Shown here piece by piece: positions 39,701 to 50,396 of a stretch of 64,000 nt of DNA (position 1 is the first letter of the stretch; each line of letters begins with the position of its first letter). Source of the DNA: Phoronis australis (lineage: Eukaryota; Animalia; Phoronida); NCBI GenBank assembly GCA_002633005.1, contig NMRA01000113.1:903194-967193 (forward strand). Reading direction: 5' to 3'. Position numbers and translations under genes: made by a program. The notes under the pieces were generated by a model. It saw only the letters and a program-made list of their open reading frames with translations, did not search any database and was not told the DNA's origin.

Positions 39701-42700
39701 CCGACACATCAGCCACATTGTTTCGTCTGGCCTGATGTTGGGTTAGGGCGGCTCTAGTGGCACCACCTGCGACACCAACTATTGACTAGAAAAAGTATTA
39801 GAGGAATTACACACGCAGTTAGGATGTTGTGTATAAGTAAATCTTCATAACGCTTCAAACGGAAATCGGTGAATATCAACCAGCACGCAATTTCATAGAG
39901 GAAAAATATTATTTTGACAAGTAAACGAATCAAAGAGTAACGAGAGCTTTGATCAATATTGAAAAGGTAAATTACAAAGCTACATCTGTCCAGAATATAT
40001 CAAGAATACATGGTTTGAAACCCCTCAATGGTTGTCAACTAGATTAGAAGCAGGCAATTGCCAGTCTACCTAACCCCACCAGTGATGAGGTTAGTCAAAT
40101 GCTGCTCCACAAATGCATGGAGTAAAAAGATACATTGGACCAGTCACTTGGTAGCTAGCTATGCATACATACATCATCTGATGCTAATCAATCCTCTGAC
40201 TGCAGTAGCATTCTTTAATATTTCTGTGCATTGTACACATGTCTTGTCAAAATAAACGCACCAAGAGCCTGTAGAATAACTGTAAATATTGAACTAACAT
40301 GCTAAAAGGTCAACCAGGGTTGAAGGCATTTCTCAGCTGTATACGGATGCACCCTACAGACTGACGCATAGCTAACTGGTCTCACCCCACAGACTGATGC
40401 ATAGTCAACTGGTCTCACCCCACAGACTGATGCATAGTTAACTGGTCTCACCCCACAGACTGATGCATAGTCAACAGGTCTCACCTTGCAGACTGATGCA
40501 TAGTTAACTGGTCTCACCCCACAGACTGATGCATGGTCAACAGGTCTCACATTTGCAGACTGATGCATAGTTAACTGGTCTCACCTTGCAGACTGATGCA
40601 TAGTTAACTGGTCTCACCTTGCAGACTGATGCATAGTTAACTGGTCTCACCCCACAGACTGATGCATAGTCAACAGGTCTCACCTTGCAGACTGATGCAT
40701 AGTTAACTGGTCTCACCTTGCAGACTGATGCATAGTTAACTGGTCTCACCCCACAGACTGATGCATAGTCAACAGGTCTCACCTTGCAGACTGATGCATA
40801 GTTAACTGGTCTCACCTTGCAGACTGATGCATAGTTAACTGGTCTCACCCCACAGACTGATGCATAGTCAACAGGTCTCACCTTGCAGACTGATGCATAG
40901 TTAACTGGTCTCACCTTGCAGACTGATGCATAGTTAACTGGTCTCACCCCACAGACTGATGCATAGTCAACAGGTCTCACCTTGCAGACTGATGCATAGT
41001 TAACTGGTCTCACCTTGCAGACTGATGCATAGTTAACTGGTCTCACCCCACAGACTGATGCATAGTCAACAGGTCTCACCTTGCAGACTGATGCATAGTT
41101 AACTGGTCTCACCTTGCAGACTGATGCATAGTTAACTGGTCTCACCCCACAGACTGATGCATAGTCAACAGGTCTCACCTTGCAGACTGATGCATAGTTA
41201 ACTGGTCTCACCTTGCAGACTGATGCATAGTTAACTGGTCTCACCCCACAGACTGATGCATAGTCAACAGGTCTCACCTTGCAGACTGATGCATAGTTAA
41301 CTGGTCTCACCCTACAGACTGATGTATAGTTAACTGGTCTCACCCTACAGACTGATGCGTAGTCAACTGGTCTCACCCTACAGACTGATGCATAATCAAC
41401 TGGTCTCACCCTACAGACAGATGCGTAGTCAACTGGTCTCACCCTACAGACCGTTGCATAATTAACTGGTCTCACCTTGCAGACTGATGACAAGCAAGCT
41501 ACAGCAACAAACAGTGTGCTAGGAAGGAATGGTGAGAAGATCTCGAGGAAAAATGCAAAATCGTTCATGATGTCAGCAAACAATCTGTAAGTCCCAATAA
41601 AGAGGAACTAGATCATGCAAAGCCAAACAGAGGTAAAATAATTAACCAGATTACACATATTTCATAAATCCAGTTCATTTGAGTCATCTAATTAATGTAT
41701 TGTTACAATTTTCCAATACAAAAATAGCTGACTGTTCCCATGTTCAAACAGATCAGTTGACCATTTCAACAATGAACTTGTGTTCAACACTAATGTTCAA
41801 ATTGAGCACTAGTCTGTTTTCAACGAATAGCTCAATTATAAATCATAAAAAACAAATAATCTATAATAGATCAATATTGGAACTTTGTTCAAAGCAAATT
41901 AAAAATCCCATACATCAAAATCATCCAAAAGAATGTCACTGTTGCTGTGACATGCAAGAACGGCAATGATAAAAAATGAATATCAATGTAATGGTTTCTG
42001 ATACTATAACAACTATGAATAACACTTATTATAATGTACAACTTTTATACATACCTCCACCGTTTTGCGTCACAGTCCAGGTTTGTGCTGAAAAACATCA
42101 GATGACAATTGTAAAAAGAAAGTAGCTACTTCTAAAAGTGGAAACTTTTCAAACTGATGCCTGAAGAAGGGACTAAATGCCCATTGGTCAAGTCTGAAAT
42201 CAACTTTTAAAAGTGATATGAGCCGGCACTTTCTATACTTAAAGTGACTATATCACAGTCATGAACATCATCAATTAGTAAAACACTGATAAAGATTTGC
42301 CACCCAATGACTAGCTAGTGAGTTTTGTCTTGAAATTATAATTTGGAAAAATAAACTATGAAAATGAAGCTGCACCTCATCAAACAATGTTACAATAAGC
42401 AATAGAAATAAACAACCAAGAGCTATAAGCAAACTATGGAATACAGCCAATTATGATTATAAAATGGCTAAATTATATTATCACAGGTCTAATCTCTGAT
42501 GTAAAGAAGATTCAGTCACACTTTAATTATAAAAATGTCAGATTAATAATAATACATACCCTTGAAACCAAGCAAACAAAATTCGACCTGCCATGCCAGT
42601 GCCATCTGTCAACAAGTGAAGGCATAAAATTTCAAAATACATATCATTGAGTTCAAATTAAGTGTGAATCTGATTTTGCAGTCAAAAATATCTGTTGAAC

Positions 42701-45700
42701 AAAGAGTTGTTCGATTGCGATAATGGTAATCCTCATCTAGCAATAAACTAATTCGCAAAGCCATTTTAAATATATCAGAATAGCTGGATGTTTGTTATTA
42801 TTCATTAACTTTAACTGTCTTTAGCTTCAGTCATTGTGAGAGACCTTCTCAATGAGAGAACGCTGCTTATGAAGGCATAAGTGAGGTAAGATTACTAGTT
42901 GTAAATGTGCTCAAGTCAATGAGTGTACTTTTACCCTCACCAAGAGTGCAGTCTTACACTCACTATGAGTGCAGTCTTACACTCACCAAGAGTGCAGTCT
43001 TACACTCACTATGAGTGCAGTCTTACACTCACCAAGAGTGCAGTCTTACACTCACTATGAGTGCAGTCTTACACTCACCAAGAGTGCAGTCTTACACTCA
43101 CTATGAGTGCAGTCTTACACTCACCAAGAGTGCAGTCTTACCCTTACCATGAGTGCAGTTTTACACTCACCAAGAGTGCAGTCTTCCACTGACAATGAGT
43201 GCAGTCTTACACTCACCAAGAGTGCAGTCTTACACTCACCATGAGTGCAGTCTTACACTCACCAAGAGTGCAGTCTTAAACACACTATGAGTGCAGTCTT
43301 ACACTCACCAAGAGTGCAGTCTTACACTCACTATGAGTGCAGTCTTACACTCACTATGAGTGCAGTCTTACACTCACTATGAGTGCAGTCTTACCCTTAC
43401 CATGAGTGCAGTCTTACCCTTACCATGAGTGCAGTCTTACGATCACCAAGAGTGCAGTCTTACACTCACTATGAGTGCAGTCTTACACTCACTATGAGTG
43501 CAGTCTTACACTCCCTATGAGTGCAGTCTTACACTCACTATGAGTGCAGTCTTACACTCACTATGAGTGCAGTCTTACACTAACTATGAGTGCAGTCTTA
43601 CCCTTACCATGAGTGTAGTCTTACACTCACCAAGAGTGCAGTCTTACACTCACCAAGAGTGCAGTCTTACACTCACTATGAGTGCAGTCTTACTCTCACC
43701 AAGAGTGCAGTCTTACCCTTACCATGAGTGTAGTCTTACTCTCACCAAGAGTGCAGTCTTACCCTTACCATGAGTGAAGTCTTACACTCACCAGGAGTGC
43801 AGTCTTACCCTTACCATGAGTGAAGTCTTACACTCACCTTTCATGATAACAGTTAATGTAGCAGCCATAGCTGTGGCATTTTCTTTACCAACCCCAAGAG
43901 CCTCCAACAGAGCACCAGTAGCCAGGATACCAATAATGGAGCTTGCAAAGGCCTGCATTAAAACAACCTAATGCAGTCAAATGACACAATATGGTCGAAA
44001 AGTATTATTTTGTGATTCTCTATTTTTCACAGACTGGTAGCAATAAAACAATGCACCAATATTTTCAAGTGTGGCAAATAGTCACGGATTTTGAGAACAA
44101 CGTTGATGCTTATTATGCAATACCCATGAAAGCAACTATTGCCTCAAGTTCTACAGCACAGATACCATTTATGAATGTTTTCGTTAAATGTCTGAATTCA
44201 CAACGTTAGAAGCCTTTATTCCATTAGCTATAAAAGTGAGCCTGGGCTATTCTTTCAAGGACATTTAGCCCGAGAGCACAGTCATCAAAAATCAAGGGTT
44301 CTATATTTCCCAGGGATGTTGACGTCTTCATTTTTGATGTTGGAATTCTATTGGAACTAAATACCAGACATGCTTGAGTTAGCTGAATAAAAAACATCAT
44401 TTTCAAATTTCATGTGAAAAAAAACAATGTTTGTCGAAATTATGGCAACCTCTGAGAAATCAGTATTCCTTAGTAAAAATGCAGTCACGTGACTAAAAAC
44501 GGCTGGGATTTATTTTTAAGAATATATGGTTCCATGATCAAGGCTTTTAAGAATATACAATTCCATGGGTCTACAATTAAGTCATTTAAAAGTAAGACAT
44601 TTGATCATAGGTATAAATATAGGCATTTATCTCAACTAGAAATAGCACAACAGTTACAAGATATGAAAGAAAACATTGGATCAAAAATAATTATGGTGCA
44701 TTATAAAAAGTTACTGAAAGCTAGGAACCAATACTGGTTCCTATCTGAAAGTTACAAGACTGCCTGCACGGCACCCTGGTGACTACTCCTACCTGTAACG
44801 TATCCCACAGTTGATATGTAAGGTAATCATCACTCACACTCTCAGGGTAGCCTTGAGGCAAAAACACTGACTGAAATGGAATAGCATGCTTTACATGAAT
44901 CAATACTATAAATGTTCACCCACATCGCTATTTCAATTACAGTTTTAACAAAAACAAAGCACAGTAACAATTGTGTTGTAGCACCAGATTGATACTTTGT
45001 GGTGTACTAGGATTACAATTTATAATAACATAGTAATCACAACCTGAATAAGTCATAAATTGTTACTTTGTAGTGTATAAGGAACACCATTTATAATAAC
45101 ACAATAATCAAAACCTGTATGTGTTATAGACTGTTACTTTGTGATGCCCTAGGAAGACTACTTGTAATATCAATAGTTGTCAATTTAGCCCGTATGTGCC
45201 ATGCTCAAGTATGTGGTGCTGTCGTTTTCTTGTTTTTCAAAACCTGAATCTGAGACTGTGATGTGCAAAATCATAAAGAAACAAAACCTAAGATAATGAG
45301 AATAAGATTTGTTTTGACATGTCTGACAGGTGATAAGTAGGTAAGTGACTGATTCACATAACTGGTTACATTCTGCAATAGATCGCACGAGTGATAATTT
45401 CAGGTGCTTGAAATAATGAAAAATATGCACGGAAAGTAAAAATGAATGGAAAACTCATCAAGATAGTAAATTATTTAAAACAAATTTCCATTCATTATAT
45501 GTTCATGAAGTTGACAAAATAACCTCAAGAAAAAAAGCATTAGTTGAACATTGTAAGTAGGAAATACTGAGGATTTTTTGTTTAAAAACAAATTTGGATT
45601 TTTTGAACTGAGAAAATATTTTGAGAAGACTCAGAGATAATTGAAAAACTTCAAATTTTCAGAAATTCTAAGGTATTGTAAACAGTCATGAACATGGCTG

Positions 45701-47368
45701 TCTTTAACATAGGAACATGAAGGCCAGACCAAGTAACTATTCCATATTTAGTCACTGCTATTGGTCCTACTTAATTTCATATCAAACAAACATGTCATGT
45801 ATGAATATAAAATTTTAGGAAAAACTCTTTCTGGACCATAGTTGGGTTAAAAATGCCAAGGCTCGAAAATATTTTTTAAGTTAGGATATATGCCCCTGGC
45901 CCATTCGAAACGGGTGTGTCTGGGTGTATGTTCAGGGAGAAAAACGTCTTGCACGTCTAGAGAGATATACAACATCGGATGAGTATTTCCTCCAGATATT
46001 TCATAAGAAAAAGATGATCTAGCTATAAACTAGCAAAATTGTCACTGAGAGCAACCAAACAACTACTTAGTGTTATGAGGAAGGAAATAGTCGGATATAA
46101 TGTGCCCACATTTTGAGAATCAGCTTGATGCACATTATTCAGTGTCCAGAGAAAATTGGTTCTCAAAATGTGGGCACGTTCTATCCAACTATTATCATGA
46201 GCAATGAGCAGTCCAAAAAATTTTGATTATTTCCGTAGCACGAGCCCTGACAGTACAGTGGCCCGTGATGACACAAATTTGCCTTCAGTCAACTTTCAAC
46301 TTCACAGTTCTGGTCAGACAGATAAAGTGACATTCTTTGCTGCATTTATCGTAGGAACGTGGCTCATTGGGAACATCTTTACAACTGTTGTGCACCAACA
46401 ACTTGAAATTACACCGATTCCATGCATCTCATCAAGATCACGCTTCTCGTCATGTAAACTGAGGAATACAAATCCTATTAGCAATCCTTAATTTTTTACC
46501 TAACACAAAAATTAGGGTTGTGTGCAACCATCTTTGGATGGATGACCCGGGTCCAGAAAATGGGGTACAATGGATAAGGTCCAACTGAAGAACAGCATTC
46601 AGTTATTCAAAGCGAGTCTTACGTGATATTATTAGTTTGTAATTGAATATTTACTTTTTACTCAAGTATTTAAGTGAGTCAGTGCCCAAATACTAATGCT
46701 ACAGTTGAAACCACTAGGGTAAACACTTGTAAACAAACAGAAAAACAGGATTGCCCTAATTTTTGCGCACTTCATATAACGAGTTGTAATACTTCTCTCG
46801 CTGTTGGTGCATTAAGTTGATTGCTTTCATAGTTAACTGAAACAACGCAATATTGAAAAAGATGCAGGTTGAATATGGAAGCAGCTCACTAGTCCGAAGG
46901 TGCATCAGTCCGAAGGTCTATGAAACTCAATGATGTGTCCGGAAACCATCGCAAGTGTCAAATTGGGCACTAACAATGCCCTGATTTGAGATTTTACAGC
47001 AAAATTCACAGCAAAAGCTTCTGGTAGATGTTAAGCACAAGGTATCATCTCTGACGTCACACGAGTGTGAATAGGCCTACAACATTTCTTAATATGTACA
47101 GAAAAATCTGCATGTACAGATTGCGAAACATGCACACCTTCAGACAAGTTCACCTTCAGACTACTGCCATGAAACCTTTGAATACAAGGAAATATGAAGA
47201 CGAAAGGAAGCGTCACATCGAGTTTAAAGACTCACTCACTCGAAAAAATTGTGCAACAGAATTGAAACGTTGTTGTTGCTTGAAGATTCGCAGTTTGTTA
47301 TCGCCAGAGTAAACATATTCAACTTTCAATGGCTGGGATCCATATTTTTCCCAGCATACAACAGACAT
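33781..47368 (-). CDS. RUSF1: RUS family member 1 (C16orf58 / root UVB sensitive family)
   Basis: Exons (-): 47368-47240, 44870-44793 (SVFLPQGYPESVSDDYLTYQLWDTLQ), 43952-43838, 42605-42560, 42087-42055 (LDCDAKRWR), 41584-41476 (LFADIMND), 39785-39684 (GVAGGATRAALTQHQARRNNVADVSAKDGSQ), 38987-38917 (ETLVNL), 38692-~38500 (HLFANYSAVRCVVMETLN), one short unresolved exon (36.85-38.3 kb), ~36749-36676, 35629-35447, 33920-33781 (GWTTSHVLFPVNEWRAIW*). Confidence 0.92.
39060..39678 (+). mobile_element. 5'-truncated, decayed LINE 3' end (L2/CR1-like)
   Basis: Decayed frame resembling LRLHTGTL*LMIEIGRFKNI..ICFVCNDGIED*IHFMFNC (C-terminal CCHC knuckle), followed by AATAAA and an (AATTC)n tail that ends a few nt from the RUSF1 donor at 39683. 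Confidence 0.7.
40350..41489 (-). repeat. 33-bp minisatellite (about 34 copies, 99-bp higher-order repeat) built on a RUSF1 splice donor
   Basis: Minus-strand unit TCAGTCTGCAAG|GTGAGACCAGTTAACTATGCA = last 12 nt of exon 41584-41476 plus the first 21 nt of the intron. It translates as VRPVNYASVCK repeats in ORF 40537..41583. Confidence 0.97.
42921..43838 (-). repeat. 23-bp minisatellite (about 39 copies) built on a RUSF1 splice donor
   Basis: Plus-strand unit GAGTGCAGTCTTACACTCAC(CAA/TAT); minus-strand TTG|GTGAGTGTAAGACTGCACTC. It starts exactly at the donor AAG|GTGAGTGTAAGAC of exon 43952-43838. Confidence 0.96.
44990..45175. repeat. Degenerate ~71-bp tandem repeat (about 2.5-3 copies)
   Basis: Recurring TACTTTGT.GTGTA..AGGA...A.TTATAATAACA..TAATCA.AACCTG. 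Confidence 0.6.
46083..46196. mobile_element. Short MITE, same Merlin-like terminal motif
   Basis: TIRs AATAGTCGGATATAATGTGCCCACATTTTGAGAA / TTCTCAAAATGTGGGCACGTTCTATCCAACTATT; near-perfect 8-bp TSD ATGAGGAA / ATGAGCAA. Confidence 0.75.
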
Positions 47369-48147
47369 TACAAGGCTTTACGAAAAACAAGCCTCCGTAG
47401 TGTTAGCCCGTGGCAGCGCCAGTGCCAGTGGCAGGGGCCTATCGACTGAACAAAACGACACAAGTTTTCGACTTCAAGAGTCCAATCTGCCTTATTGTAA
47501 TGGAGACTGTGTCTCCCGTACTCCCGATGACAAGGTGAATTGATAGTTACAATTTCACTACTGTAGTCTGTTGAAGTTTGTAGGTGATTAGTGTTAGTAA
47601 ATGTCAGTGAGAAACCAACACCAAGTTAATCAAGGCACTCGGCACTCGCCACGAATTTCCTTTTTTCAGTGTTTACACCGGAAAAGCTCTTATAGAAAGC
47701 TGTAACTAAAAATGCAAATTTTGTATTCCAAAATAAATGTCTATGCTATTATCAAATTTAAATATCTCAAAGTTATACTTTACATTTTTAAAATATTTTT
47801 TTAAATCATAATTAGGACATTTATTGTTTTTAAAGTATTTTAAAAATAAAAAAGAAATTGATTGCGGATATGTTTTTAGAGACGTACATGGTCTGATATT
47901 TGATTGGTCGTCTTCAACGGAAATTTCAACCCGCCATTGCTGTGTTTTTCGAACCCGTCACCTACCCAAAAACGATCTTGGTTTCATGGTTTGTATTTTG
48001 AAGTTGTTTCCTTTATATGCAAGTTATTGTAATTTAAGCATATGCCAACAGTTGGATATCTGTATGTCAGGAAAGTCTGTTCTGGCGTCCACGCTCCAGG
48101 CCAATGTAATGTAAGTCAGGGTCCTCGTTTATCGGAGGGGAAAGGTG

Positions 48148-48868
48148 GGCACTAGTCTGATATAATGGACCCTAACTTATTCCAAATAAATCCACTAAAT
48201 ATAGGTCTAAATGAATGATTTTGATATCGTTGAATTCCTCAGACATCTGGCTAACCTTAAATATCCACCTCACGACTCTCAATTATTCCATTCTATAACT
48301 ACGCTATTCCGAACTCGGTCCACTTTAGCCGCACGCGTTTTGAAATCGGCAGCCATTTCAGGGAACTTACTATACCCAGCGCCATCTATCGGCGATCTGC
48401 TACCACATGCGATGTTCTTTTTTCATCAGTTAACGTTATTGGTCGATTTAGTCAATTATTAACGTCATCATACGCGTCTCATGGACGACGATAACATGAC
48501 GATGACGGATAAGATGGCGAAAGAGACGACGAAGGTGATGACGAGAGCAGACATTACGAGGATTAATAACGATGACGTTAATAATTGACGAAATTGACCA
48601 ATGACCTTGACTGATGAAAAAGGAACAGCGTGTGTTGTAGCAGATCGCCGATAGATGGCGCTAGGTATAGTAAGTTCCCTGAAATGGCTGCGAATTTCAC
48701 AATGCGCGTGGCTAAAGTGGACCGAGTTCAGAATAGAACGGAGTAATTGAGGGTCGTGAGGTGGATATGTACGGATAGGAATGCAACGATATCAAAATCA
48801 TTCATTTAGACCCACATTTAGTGGATTTATTTGGAATAAGTTAGGGTCCATTATATCCGACTAGTGCC
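48148..48868. mobile_element. Fold-back MITE, Merlin-like
   Basis: Inverted arms of about 300 bp (GGCACTAGTCTGATATAATGGACCCTAAC... / ...GTTAGGGTCCATTATATCCGACTAGTGCC); perfect 8-bp TSD GAAAGGTG; GG..CC termini. Confidence 0.9.
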
Positions 48869-49068
48869 GAAAGGTGTCTGCCTTCTGAATCTGAGAGAGG
48901 AATATTTCGGAGTGTGGGGAAAATCCTGCTTCCCGATGACCACCAATAGCACCCCCACCCTTTTACAATTACAAGCCCTCATAGGCTGTGCCTCAAGTAG
49001 CCAAAACATTTTGTGCTCCTTCAAATTTTCACCTGTGGCTGTGTGTGTTACAACTCGAACATTGGCTC

Positions 49069-49190
49069 TGCACTGGTCGGATATAGCAGTCTCTGATTTT
49101 GAGAACCAGTTTCATCCACTGAATAACGAGCCTGTTATTCAGTGATTGCCTAGGTCTCAAAATCAGGGACCGCTATATCCGACCAGTGCC
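49069..49190. mobile_element. Short MITE, same Merlin-like terminal motif
   Basis: TIRs GCACTGGTCGGATATAGCAGTCTCTGATTTTGAGA / TCTCAAAATCAGGGACCGCTATATCCGACCAGTGCC; TSD degenerate. Confidence 0.7.
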
Positions 49191-50396
49191 CCTCGGCTCA
49201 AGGGGAATTTTTCAAGCACTTGGGGGGATTTATGGGCATCATGTCCATGACACAGGTGTCCTCAGCTTCTGATCGTCCCCAATACACTATATACTACAAG
49301 GTATGACACTTCCGACTAGAAATTCCACGGGTGCTTCACTTCAGCCGTCCATAGCAAACACAAAACTATAAATTTACACAAAACAGGGGTTCAGCAAACC
49401 ATGAAAAATTGTTCTTTCTACCAATACCATTTACAGTGTCCTGCTCCACCGAGTTCGCAACTAATTCGCGGTCAAAGCACAAAAATCTTCTCAAAAAGTC
49501 GCTGCATACTAACAATGTGCTTCACGCAGTCAAGGTCAAGTAGGGTACGGACTAATCCGATGAGTTACGAATCGACGGCAATTGCCGGTTCACCACGGAA
49601 GGTTACGAAATGGTCTGACTAAGTGTGGAGTTATTGATGTCGTGACCTTCCGTGACAAACCGGCAATTTCCGTGTAGCTTCTTTTCGACGATTTCTTTGT
49701 CTCCTTAGATTAGAATGTTCTACCTACTGACTAGACTGGTTTTGTTTACGTAGTTAGGGGTTAATAGTTTGTGCAGCTTGCAATTCGTCTGGTCACGAAA
49801 AGCGGCAACTGCATGATATTACGTAGGTAGCCGGGTAATATCGGACATCGGTGATTGTGTAATAATTCTCCATATTGATTGTTGAGAAACGTGAAAAAAT
49901 ATAACAGCTCATTTAGGCCGTATAGTGCCACTACGCAATCATTTGACCAGCAGGATTTACTTGACTTGACGCCAAAAAATGTCTGGCCAAGCTATTTAGT
50001 TCTAGCGGCATTAGAGGTCACTATGTTTGTAGTATTTCTCACTCTTCTGTATATGTTCCTGCTTTGATTTTGCAGATACCATTGGTCACTTATTACTGTG
50101 TTGCTCTGAACTTATGAGAGTACTCTGGAGAAGAAAGAATGTTGTATTCAATAGCACTTGTATGATGGTTGTTTGTATTAGTATTCAGTAATATTCATTG
50201 GTGTCCTTTTTCTAGTGTATAGTTTGGTCATCCACAAAGTTATGTAGCACGGGGTTTGTTGTCTCTGTGTTTTGCTGCTGATGTGACATTCTGTTTAGTG
50301 TAGTCAGTCTCATGTAAAATCACCTTGGAGCAGTCTTTTTGGAATGTTTTATTGGTTCATTGATTTTGTGTTAGGTCACACCAGGCATGTGTTAGC

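Noticed and set aside
40537-41583. 348-aa repetitive ORF as a standalone gene
   Set aside because: It is a RUSF1 exon read through into the intronic 33-bp array; it has no independent start or gene structure.
42921-43838. CRISPR-like array
   Set aside because: Units are contiguous with no unique spacers, the context is a eukaryotic intron, and there are no cas genes.
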